Made by a program: the position numbers and the translations under genes. Below are positions 7,619 to 15,931 of a DNA stretch of 64,000 bases, piece by piece. The notes under the pieces were generated by a model, which made no database searches, was not told the DNA's origin, and saw only the letters and a list, made by a program, of their open reading frames with translations. Source of the DNA: an uncultured Acidobacteriota bacterium (GTDB taxonomy: Bacteria > Acidobacteriota > Thermoanaerobaculia > Multivoradales > SZUA-115). Each line of letters begins with the position of its first letter. Within the stretch, counting starts at the first letter, position 1. Location: positions 288,001-352,000 of the forward strand of contig CAWDVR010000005.1 in assembly GCA_963805975.1 (NCBI GenBank). The letters are read 5' to 3'.

Positions 7619-8971
7619 TCAGGAGATCAGTTGGATCCCGTCCGCCTCGAGCGGGATCGACGGTGCGGTGGTCCTTCCCGCGGCGTCCAAGGGGGCCACG
7701 TGGAGTAAGACCTCTCCCTTCTTCGCCTCGGCGAGCGGTCCGAGCTTGTCGGTGACGTCGAGGGCGGCGGAGAGCGGGCCCGGATGGTTGTGGCCTTCGC
7801 TCAGCACGCGGCTCACGATCCCCAGGAACCCCGCAGTCTTGGCGCTGTCGACACCGACCTCGGGCTGCCCCACGAAGACGCCGAACTGCACCGTCTCGGG
7901 GGGGAGCTTGTCGAGGTTCTTCAAGTTCTCGATGATCAGGAACTCCGGGCCGGCCGCCTTCATCCGAGTGAGGAGAGGCGCGCCCAGCGTCAGGCGGTTC
8001 GCGGTCTTGGGGACCGAGGCCGCGCGCAGTGAGGCCGGCGCCACGGTGGGTCGCATCAGGGAGGAGTACTGGTAGCCGAGCCTGGCCTCGTCCCGCAGGT
8101 CGTTCACCAGCACGTACCGCCAGACGCGGTTCTCGTCGTAGAAGTACACCTTGAGGTCGCCGAAGTCCGGGTTCGAGTGCCCGGCCGCCACCCAGGAGGT
8201 CCACAGGCGGTCGATGTTGCCGTGGTGGGCGTAGAAGACCGGGTCGCGAGGCGAGTACTGCAGGTTCCCCATGTCACCCGGTGAAAAGGCGTTGTGCACG
8301 TTGGCGTGCGGGCCCGAGTAGGCGGCGGGGGTCGGGGTGCGCTGGACGGCGGTGCCGCCGAAGGTCGAGAAGTTGGGTATGGCGAGCAAAGGCTGGATGT
8401 TTACCTTGTCGTTGGTGAGCGGCCAGCTCGGCCCGCTGAGGTTGCGGTTCTTCCAGTAGAGCGACTGGCCGGGCGGCGCGTAGATGGTGGGCAGGATGCG
8501 GTTCTCGGCCGCGGGGTCCTCCCAGCTCCAGTAGACGAGCCGCAGGTCGTCGTCCTGGGCCAGCTTGCGGAGGATGCGCTCCAGGAAGTACAGCAGGCCG
8601 CGGTGCCAGGGCAGGAAGCTCCAGTCGTAGTGGATGTTGCTCGGGTTGGAGCTCGCGCAGTGGATGCAGTGCTGGGCGATCTGCTTGGTCCAGCTGATGA
8701 CGTCGTTCTCGGGCAGGGCACGCACCAGGCCGAAGGCTTCGCGGAGCTTGGCGAGCTGCGCGGCACGGCTGGGGTCCGCCATCTCCTTCGCCGAGTAGCG
8801 CGTCTGGACCCTGGGCTCGTTGGGGACGAAGCGCTGCGCCGTGCCGGGGTCGGCCAGCGTGCACTCCGGGCCGCCCTGGGCCCAGGAGAAGTCGGTCTCG
8901 AGCCAGAAGTACATGCTGACCGGCCCGACGACCAAGGCCTGCCGGATGAAGCCGCGACGACTGATGGGCAT
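7619..8971 (-). CDS. Tat-exported tyrosinase / polyphenol oxidase (type-3 copper)
   Basis: SRRGFI Tat motif; CuA HCIHC..IH..FLPWHR; CuB HANVH..DMGN..DPVFYAHHGNIDRLW; YFYDEN..LGYQY; GAGG RBS. Confidence 0.93.
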   Translation of the reverse strand: MPISRRGFIRQALVVGPVSMYFWLETDFSWAQGGPECTLADPGTAQRFVPNEPRVQTRYSAKEMADPSRAAQLAKLREAFGLVRALPENDVISWTKQIAQHCIHCASSNPSNIHYDWSFLPWHRGLLYFLERILRKLAQDDDLRLVYWSWEDPAAENRILPTIYAPPGQSLYWKNRNLSGPSWPLTNDKVNIQPLLAIPNFSTFGGTAVQRTPTPAAYSGPHANVHNAFSPGDMGNLQYSPRDPVFYAHHGNIDRLWTSWVAAGHSNPDFGDLKVYFYDENRVWRYVLVNDLRDEARLGYQYSSLMRPTVAPASLRAASVPKTANRLTLGAPLLTRMKAAGPEFLIIENLKNLDKLPPETVQFGVFVGQPEVGVDSAKTAGFLGIVSRVLSEGHNHPGPLSAALDVTDKLGPLAEAKKGEVLLHVAPLDAAGRTTAPSIPLEADGIQLIS

Positions 8972-9144
8972 CCGATTTCCCTCCTCGATTAGATGTGCCG
9001 GGGATTATGCGATCTTCCTTTGATATCTCCAATCGCCCTTGCTCAATACGCGATAGCGCTGCAAGGCCTGCTGCGTTCCTGCGTCGCCGAGCGAGGATCT
9101 CTCACGAGAAGAAGAGGAAGGCGAGGTACTGCGGGGAGGAAGAG

Positions 9145-9170
9145 TCGGGGCGCACGTGGGTGCGCCCCGA
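9145..9170 (-). terminator. GC-rich hairpin downstream of the TonB receptor
   Basis: TCGGGGCGCAC-gtgg-GTGCGCCCCGA, 11-bp perfect stem; only a weak pyrimidine tail. Confidence 0.55.
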
Positions 9171-9183
9171 GAGCGGAGTCTTC

Positions 9184-11628
9184 TTACCAGCTGTACTCGA
9201 CGAACCCGAGGGCGCGGCGGCTCAGGAGGTCACCGCCGAAAGCCTCCCAGTGCTCGTTGTCGGTGACGTTCGAGATGATGGCGCCCACCTTCCAGCTCGG
9301 GTTGATCTTGAAGTTCCCGCCCACGTCCATCGAGTAGTAGTCCTTGACGTCGCCCTGGAAGGGGCCGACCACCCAGCGGAACTCGTCCACCCAGCGGAAG
9401 CTCGTCGAAAAGTCGAAGCGGTCGGCCACGTAGGAGACGCCGGCGCTCAGCTTGTGCTCGGGCGAGTTGGGCAGGAGGATGGTCTCGAAGGTACCCGCGT
9501 CCTTGATGTCGAAGTCGAACCACGAGTAGGAGAAGTTGTAGCGCCAGCCGGCGTCGCCCATCACCTGCAGGCCGAGGTCGATGCCCTGGGTGTCGACGTC
9601 ACCGAAGTTGGTGTAGGAGCGCACGGCGAGGATCGGCGTGCCGTCGAGGTTGTTCGACAGGAAGGCGAACTGCGGCCCGAGCGCCCCTTGCAGCCTGCTG
9701 AGCAGCAGGGCGGCGAGCGGCGCCGGCAGGCCGGCAGGCGGCTGGTAGGCGCCGAAGGTGGGATTGATGCGGCCGAGCGAGGTGCCGACCGTGGGCAGCA
9801 GATCGGTGATGAAGTTCTTGTTCTCGCTGTTGTAGTAGTCCACGGTCAGGAAGGTGCGGCCGCCGAGGATGCCGGTGTAGCCCAGCTCGAAGGTCTTGGT
9901 CTCCTCGACGTCCAGGTCCGCGTTGCCGAGGGCGAGCACGCGTGTCGGGCCCGGGCCGAAGCCGCAGGAGACGCCCCCCGCGGCGCAGATCGCCTCGAAC
10001 GGCGAGAGATTGGCCGGCGCCGCGGCGTTGGCCTGGAGATAGAGCTCGGAGTAGTTCGCCACCTGGAAGGCTTCGTTGTAGGTGAAGCGCAGGCTGTGGT
10101 TGGGGCGGAAGCCCCATACCAGCGAGGCCTTGGGCGAGACCTGCGAGTCGTGGAGAGAGCTGTCGTCGAAGCGGCCGGCGACCACCAGCTTGAGGTTGTC
10201 GGTCAGGTCGTAGTCCAGCTGCGCGAAGACCGCCGTGAAGTCGGCGTCGATGGGCTCGAAGACCAGGGTCTGGCGGCCCTGCGGGTCCGCGGAGTCGATC
10301 GAGTCCTCGCTGTAGGAGACGCCGGCCACCAGGCGGCTCCGGCCGTCGAACAGCTCCCAGTTGGTCTGCGCCTCGAGAGCGTAGTTCTCTTCGTCGAGGT
10401 AGAGCTTGGTGTTCGAAGCCAGGGCGCGCTGGTCCTCGGCCTCGCGGCCGTTGTAGTAGGCGAGGAAGTTCCAGTGCAGGTTGTTGTAGTTGGCGCGGGC
10501 CCAGGGGCGGGTGGCCTCCGTCACCTGGACGCGGCCGATGCCGGTCTGGAAGAGGGGGCCCGAAATGTCCGCATAGCCGCCCTCGAGGGTCAGCACGGTC
10601 GACTCGCCGAGGTACTTGTCGAAGCGCAGGCCGCCGAACTTGACCTCGTTGTCGTTCCGGATCACCAGCGGGGAGAGCTCCTGCGGCAGGCAGTCGGTGG
10701 CGGCGCCCTGCGGGTTGGGGCAGCGCACGCTGTACTCGGCGGCGCCGGCACGCGACTTCGCGAAGTCGCCGCTCGCGTGGTAGCCGCCGGTCACTTTCAT
10801 GTACCAGTCGCCGCCCAGCTCGGTGGCGTAGCGGACGTCGGCGTTGGTGGTCGAGAGCTCGCCTGCCGTCAAGCGCACGGCACCGCCCTGGCTGTCGCGC
10901 GGTGCGCGGGTGGTCAGGTTGAGCACGCCCGAGGAGGCGTTGGCGCCGTAGAGCGCGGCCGACGGCCCGCGCACCAGCTCGAGGCGCTCCAGGTCGTCGA
11001 GCGGGAAGGAGATCGCCGCCCACTCCTGCGAGCCGAGGAAGGGCACCGAGGGCTCGCGGCCGTCGATCAGGGTGGCCACGCGGCGGTTGAGCGAGCTGTT
11101 GAAGCCGCGGGTGTTCAAGTTGTAGTCGTACATGCCGCTCGCCGTGATCTCGACGCCGGGGGTGAACTCGAGGAGCTTGGGCACCAGCCCGTGCGCCGCT
11201 TCGCGCGAGATCTCCTCGTTGCCGAGCACGGTCACCGCGGCCGGCGCCTCGGTGATCTTCTCCGCACGCCGCGAGGCCGAGACCACGGTGATGGTCTCGA
11301 GGAAGGTCAGGTTCCAGTCCACGGCACGGTCGGCAGTGGCGCGGCCGCCGGCTTCGACGGCGACGCCCTCCTGCGCCTCGCGGAACTCGCCCAGCGAGAA
11401 GACGACCTCGTAGCTGCCGGCCGGCACGCCGGAGATCTCGTAGCGCCCGCCGGCGTCGGTGGTGGTCGCCTTGCCGAGGGTGGGGACCTCGACCAGCACG
11501 TCGGCAAGGCCGGCGCCATCTTTGGCCGTGACGCGGCCGGAGATGGTGCCGCTGTCCTGGGCGAAGGCCGGCACGACGCCGGCGAGCAGGCCGGCGACGA
11601 GGACGATGAGCAGGGTTCTCGCTTTCAT
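9184..11628 (-). CDS. TonB-dependent receptor with N-terminal carboxypeptidase-regulatory-like domain
   Basis: AAGGAG RBS before MKARTLL; signal peptide; ETITVVSASR TonB box; NTRGF; ELVRGPSAALYGANASSGVLNL plug motif; ends VEYSW. Confidence 0.93.
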   Translation of the reverse strand: MKARTLLIVLVAGLLAGVVPAFAQDSGTISGRVTAKDGAGLADVLVEVPTLGKATTTDAGGRYEISGVPAGSYEVVFSLGEFREAQEGVAVEAGGRATADRAVDWNLTFLETITVVSASRRAEKITEAPAAVTVLGNEEISREAAHGLVPKLLEFTPGVEITASGMYDYNLNTRGFNSSLNRRVATLIDGREPSVPFLGSQEWAAISFPLDDLERLELVRGPSAALYGANASSGVLNLTTRAPRDSQGGAVRLTAGELSTTNADVRYATELGGDWYMKVTGGYHASGDFAKSRAGAAEYSVRCPNPQGAATDCLPQELSPLVIRNDNEVKFGGLRFDKYLGESTVLTLEGGYADISGPLFQTGIGRVQVTEATRPWARANYNNLHWNFLAYYNGREAEDQRALASNTKLYLDEENYALEAQTNWELFDGRSRLVAGVSYSEDSIDSADPQGRQTLVFEPIDADFTAVFAQLDYDLTDNLKLVVAGRFDDSSLHDSQVSPKASLVWGFRPNHSLRFTYNEAFQVANYSELYLQANAAAPANLSPFEAICAAGGVSCGFGPGPTRVLALGNADLDVEETKTFELGYTGILGGRTFLTVDYYNSENKNFITDLLPTVGTSLGRINPTFGAYQPPAGLPAPLAALLLSRLQGALGPQFAFLSNNLDGTPILAVRSYTNFGDVDTQGIDLGLQVMGDAGWRYNFSYSWFDFDIKDAGTFETILLPNSPEHKLSAGVSYVADRFDFSTSFRWVDEFRWVVGPFQGDVKDYYSMDVGGNFKINPSWKVGAIISNVTDNEHWEAFGGDLLSRRALGFVEYSW

Positions 11629-11876
11629 GACGTCTCCTTGACTCGCTTTCTGCAGAGGTTCGCGGCCTCCCCGAGGGAGCCACGCGATCGGCGCGGCCGA
11701 ATGCGGCTTCAGCCGGGCTGTCAGTTTTTCTTCCAGATACGGGGCTGTAACTTCTTTGTTACCGGGATTCTTGCCTCCGGCCCAGTTCGAGTCAAGGGCG
11801 ATGGGAGAAAAGGACGCGGTTGCGAGTGGGTGTCCTCTCCCGGAGACGAGAGCCACTCTCGAGCCGCTTATTTCCG

Positions 11877-11892
11877 TGGCATCGAGCTTGCT
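11877..11892 (+). promoter_or_regulatory. Sigma54 (-24/-12) promoter
   Basis: TGGCAT-CGAGC-TTGCT about 70 nt upstream of the VWA gene. Confidence 0.7.
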
Positions 11893-11963
11893 CAGGCGTG
11901 CTCCCGTCGATGGTCTCAACCAGCGCGGACGCCGGGGTGCCGTGCTCTCGAGGTGAGGTGCCT

Positions 11964-14201
11964 ATGAACCGTCGCGGAGCCCTCGGTGCGGTCGCCGCTC
12001 TGCTTCTTCTCTTCCCGCCGGCGCTCCTCGGCGAGCCTCCCTCGCGGGGTGAGTTCGGCGAGCAGCTCACCGTCAGCGTCGTACAGGTGCCGGTCCAGGT
12101 ATTCCGCGACGGCGAGCCGGTGGCCGGCCTGACCGAGGAGGACTTCGAGGTCTACGACGAGGGCACGCGGCGCGAGCTCTCCTCCTTCGAGGTGGTAGAC
12201 CTCACGGTGTCGAACGTGGAGCGGCCCGCCGCCGTCACCCCCTCCACCACCAGCGGGCGTAACCTCCTGGTGCTCTTCGATTTCGCCTACACCCCGCCCC
12301 CCCAGCTCGTGCGGTCAGCGCGGCACCTCGAGCGCATGGTCGAGGGGCAGCTCCATCCTGCCGACCGGGTGGCGCTCGCCGTGTACTCGCACGGCAGGGG
12401 CGCCCAGCTCCTCCTGGGATTCACCTCCAACCGCGCCGAGATCCTGGCCGGGCTGGAGCTCCTGGCCCGCATGGTCGCCGGCAGGTCTGGTGAGGTGAAG
12501 GTACCGCCGGCGCTCGCCAAGGCCCTCGAGAGGCGTCCCGTGGCCGGTGATCCTACCGCGGAGCTCGCGCGCCTCTCTTCCCGGCTCGGCCCCGCGGCGG
12601 CTCTCGCCCTGAGCAGCAAGGCACCTGAGTCGAAGCCTCTCTTTACCGGCGTGACACTCTGGGGGCTGCCGACTTTGGGCATGTCGGCGGTGGGTGAGGA
12701 CGGAGAGGAGGCCGCCCGGCCGCCGGGGCCGGTGAGCTCCGTGAGCTTCACCAGCGCCACCGCGCTCGGCGGGAGCTTCGAAGACCAGGCCGAGAGGCGT
12801 AGCGCCCTGACCCTCGCACGGCGGATGGCCGAGTCGCTGGCCGAGCTCGCCACGCTGCTGCGCAGCGTGGGCGGCCAGAAACACATGCTCTACCTTTCGC
12901 GCGGTTTCTCCTCCCAACTTCTCGAAGAGCAGGTGACCGGCCAGTTCTCGAGCGGTCTGTTCGAAGCCTTCCGCCGTACCGGCTGGCAGATCCAGGCCCT
13001 GGACCCCGGTGGCGTGCCCGATCCCTTCGGCGGCGGCCTGCACGAGCTCGGGAGCCCGGAGCCCGGCCCCTCGTCCACGGTGGGCTTCCGCTCCGACTCC
13101 CTTCTCTACCTGGCGCAGGGCACGGGAGGCGAGGTCTACGAGAACTTCAACGACCTGGGGCTGGCCACCGAGCGGGTGCTCGACAAGACCCGTCTCACCT
13201 ACGTGCTCTCCTTCTCTGTGGCGGACCTGCCCGCCGACGGCAAGTATCGCAAGCTCGAGGTGCGGCTCAGAGACGGCCTGCGCGGCACCAAGCTCGTGTA
13301 CCGCGAGGGCTACTACGCGGGCAAGCCCGAGCGCGACAAGAACGAGCTCGAGCGCCAGCTCGACTCGGCCGAGCGCCTCCTGGGCGCGGAGGAGGGCGGT
13401 ACTCTCGAGGTCACCGCGGCGGCCTTTCCCCTGCGGCCCGCCGGTGCCCAGGCGCCGGTGCCCTTCTTCGTCGAAGTGACGGGCTCGAGCCTCGGTGCCA
13501 TCTCGGCTGCCGAGCGCCGCACGATCCGCGTGCGCGCCTACGCGCTCGCCGGCGTCGAAGCCCTCTCCGGCGGCACGCTCTCCGGAGCGCTCTCCCACGA
13601 GATGGGGGTCGATCTCCAACAGGCGGAGCCCGCGCTCTCCTCCCACGGCCTGCGTTTCTACGGCGCGGTGGTGGCGCCACCCGGCGAGCTGCGACTGCGG
13701 CTGTCTGTCGAGGACGTCGAAGGCGGGCGCTCGTGGCTGGGAACGATCCCGCTCCGCGTGCCCGACGCCGGGGAGGAGACCTACCTCGCGCCACCTTTCT
13801 TCCTCGACCTCGAGGGCGGCTGGTTCGTGACCCGCTACGACGCCGGCTCGGCCTCCGTGCTCTATCCCTTCAAGGTGGGCGAGCGCGACGTGGTGCCGTC
13901 CGTCCACCCCCGCCTGGTGCCTGGACAGAAGCGCGCCGTGCTCCTGCTCCTGCAGGGCGACGTGCAAGACGACCTGGGCGTCTCCGCGCGTGTCCTCAGC
14001 GCGGAGGGCACCCCCGTTCAGGGCGGAGCTTTCGAGGTGCTGACCCGCGAAGCCCGCGGCGCGGGCGACATCCAGCGCCTCGTCGCCTCGTTCAGCCCCA
14101 CGGGCCTGCCGCCCGGAGAGTACCGGCTGGAAGTGACGCTGGCGGGAAAGGATGGCAAGGCGAAGGCGAAGAGCGAGGCGGGGTTTGCGGTGGGGGAGTG
14201 A
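11964..14201 (+). CDS. Secreted VWA-domain protein (VWFA-related, Acidobacteria type)
   Basis: GAGGTG RBS; signal peptide; VQVPVQVF.DGEPVAGLTEEDFEVYDEG, LLVLFDF, KHMLYLSRGF, LAQGTGG, DGKYRKLEVRL, YREGYY. Confidence 0.88.
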   Translation: MNRRGALGAVAALLLLFPPALLGEPPSRGEFGEQLTVSVVQVPVQVFRDGEPVAGLTEEDFEVYDEGTRRELSSFEVVDLTVSNVERPAAVTPSTTSGRNLLVLFDFAYTPPPQLVRSARHLERMVEGQLHPADRVALAVYSHGRGAQLLLGFTSNRAEILAGLELLARMVAGRSGEVKVPPALAKALERRPVAGDPTAELARLSSRLGPAAALALSSKAPESKPLFTGVTLWGLPTLGMSAVGEDGEEAARPPGPVSSVSFTSATALGGSFEDQAERRSALTLARRMAESLAELATLLRSVGGQKHMLYLSRGFSSQLLEEQVTGQFSSGLFEAFRRTGWQIQALDPGGVPDPFGGGLHELGSPEPGPSSTVGFRSDSLLYLAQGTGGEVYENFNDLGLATERVLDKTRLTYVLSFSVADLPADGKYRKLEVRLRDGLRGTKLVYREGYYAGKPERDKNELERQLDSAERLLGAEEGGTLEVTAAAFPLRPAGAQAPVPFFVEVTGSSLGAISAAERRTIRVRAYALAGVEALSGGTLSGALSHEMGVDLQQAEPALSSHGLRFYGAVVAPPGELRLRLSVEDVEGGRSWLGTIPLRVPDAGEETYLAPPFFLDLEGGWFVTRYDAGSASVLYPFKVGERDVVPSVHPRLVPGQKRAVLLLLQGDVQDDLGVSARVLSAEGTPVQGGAFEVLTREARGAGDIQRLVASFSPTGLPPGEYRLEVTLAGKDGKAKAKSEAGFAVGE

Positions 14202-14231
14202 GCTCTCCGCTCCTTCCGGTCGTCGCCCCGC

Positions 14232-15113
14232 CTAGTTCGGCGGAGGTGGCTGGTTCTCGTACTTGGGTCCCTTCATCGTAGCGCCCCACCCTTGGAGGTA
14301 CTCGACATCGCCATTGCGGCCCACATCCACCGTCACGCGAACGAGCAGGGGCTCGCCGGATGCCAGCGCCGCGTCGATCTCGTCCGGTGGAACCTCCAGA
14401 CCGATCGAGAAACGGGTCGTCTTCCGCTCCTCGGCGTCGATAGCAGTCTTCTGACCTCGTTTCAGGATCTCTCCCGAGGCTGACAGCTCGATCGTGACTC
14501 GCGCCCACTTGTCGAACGACTCGAGCACGCTGGCCGCGCCGTCGAAATCGAGCTTCACGACCTTCTTGGTCCGATCGACGGTGAGAATCAAGGAAGTGAT
14601 GGACAGAGAATCGCAGGTGAAATGGCGAGTCTTTGGAACTCGCCAGCCAGTGCCCTCCGGAGCGTGAAGCGCCGCATTCGCCTCGAGCTCGAAGCGGATC
14701 GGGCATCCGGCGATCGGTTCCAAGCCCTGATACTTCGCAGCAGGGAAAAAGGCGGAGTCCAGAGAGCCCACGGGGAAGCCCGCCGGTGTGAGCATCAAGA
14801 CGTCGATCTCCGTGCTGGGCACCACCTGATAGACCAGCCCAACCTTGAGCCTGACCGAGCTCTCGACGATCGCGCCTGCGAACTTGGTCCCATCCGCCAG
14901 GAGAAACTCGAAGCCAGACCCAGTCCGCTTGATCTGGAGGATCGCGCCCTTCGGTATCTCGACCTCGCCGGCGGCGGTTCGAATGCGAAACATCTCCGAG
15001 GTCAGCTCGCCGGTGACCTCGGCTCCGGCGACGGTCCGCAGGACGGCAGCATGGGAGGCCGGCGAGCTGGCGACGACGGTTGCCAAGGCAACGAGGATGA
15101 GCACGGCTTTCAT
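14232..15113 (-). CDS. Secreted hypothetical protein
   Basis: GGGAG RBS before MKAVLIL; signal peptide ending ASHA; beta-rich; no family recognised. Confidence 0.65.
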   Translation of the reverse strand: MKAVLILVALATVVASSPASHAAVLRTVAGAEVTGELTSEMFRIRTAAGEVEIPKGAILQIKRTGSGFEFLLADGTKFAGAIVESSVRLKVGLVYQVVPSTEIDVLMLTPAGFPVGSLDSAFFPAAKYQGLEPIAGCPIRFELEANAALHAPEGTGWRVPKTRHFTCDSLSITSLILTVDRTKKVVKLDFDGAASVLESFDKWARVTIELSASGEILKRGQKTAIDAEERKTTRFSIGLEVPPDEIDAALASGEPLLVRVTVDVGRNGDVEYLQGWGATMKGPKYENQPPPPN

Positions 15114-15303
15114 AGGGGGCTCCCGTGGGATTGCAGCCGTGGGATGTCGCCAAGCCTTCAGCCGCCGCATGCCACCACGGTTGGGAACGCGAGAAGCGGG
15201 AACGAGTGGTGGCTCTTCGAGCCTACTCCCTTTTCGTCTCCGCCGCCCAGTCGAGCAGCCCGCTGGCGAAACGAGCCTGTCTAATCGAAGGTGTCTTCAA
15301 CTG

Positions 15304-15318
15304 TGGCACCTCTCTTGC
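15304..15318 (+). promoter_or_regulatory. Sigma54 (-24/-12) promoter
   Basis: TGGCAC-CTCTC-TTGC 35 nt upstream of ATG 15354. Confidence 0.7.
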
Positions 15319-15353
15319 GAGCTTCGTGGCGACCAGGAAAGAGGAAAACGGTC

Positions 15354-15791
15354 ATGAGTACCCCGAGACGCCTCGCCACCGCTGTCGTGTGGACCGTGAT
15401 GACAGCGCTGTTCGTGGCTTCCGCGTCGGCAGAATCAAACTTGGCTATCGTCGGTCAGGTGTTCGGCCCGCAGGGTCAGGTCTTGCCGGGAACGCTGGTG
15501 CGGGCGACCGCGCGCGGTTTCTCGGAGAGCATGCTCGCGGACGAGAGCGGGCGTTTTTGGCTCCCGGTGCCCGCGGGGAGACGCTACAAGGTGACCGTCA
15601 GCCTGGAGGGCTTCCAGCCGGTGACCTTCGTCGCCAAGATCCGCGCCAAGGGAAACCTGCGGCCAATGTTTTCCGTGACGCTCGACTACACCCCTTCCTG
15701 CACTATGCCGCAGATCGTGCTCGAGACGCTGTCCGGATCGCCGGACCCGCGCCCGGCACGGTGGCTTGAACCGGAGCTTTCAGTTTTCTGA
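15354..15791 (+). CDS. Small secreted carboxypeptidase-regulatory-like (Cna-B/transthyretin fold) domain protein
   Basis: GAGG RBS; signal peptide; IVGQVFGPQGQVLPGTLV..ADESGRF..YKVTVSLEGF. Confidence 0.75.
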   Translation: MSTPRRLATAVVWTVMTALFVASASAESNLAIVGQVFGPQGQVLPGTLVRATARGFSESMLADESGRFWLPVPAGRRYKVTVSLEGFQPVTFVAKIRAKGNLRPMFSVTLDYTPSCTMPQIVLETLSGSPDPRPARWLEPELSVF

Positions 15792-15864
15792 ACGAGCTCC
15801 GCTCCCGCCACGCAACACGCTGGAAAAACTGAGCATTTATCGCATTTTACGCAGCGATCCACGC

Positions 15865-15880
15865 TGGCACCGCCATTGCT
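15865..15880 (+). promoter_or_regulatory. Sigma54 (-24/-12) promoter
   Basis: TGGCAC-CGCCA-TTGCT, a consensus match about 50 nt upstream of the receptor ATG. Confidence 0.8.
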
Positions 15881-15931
15881 CTAAGCCGGGTCACGGCATG
15901 GAGACGAATCCGTGCCCGCAACTGGAGGAGG

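Noticed and set aside
11705-11725. Sigma54 promoter for the minus-strand TonB receptor (TGACAG-N5-CTGAA)
   Set aside because: Both invariant dinucleotides (GG and GC) are mismatched.
8995-11967. 990-aa plus-strand ORF (and similar long ORFs at 15881-18355, 39856-41493 and 44314-46827)
   Set aside because: Antisense shadows of well-supported genes, expected in high-GC DNA; no motifs.
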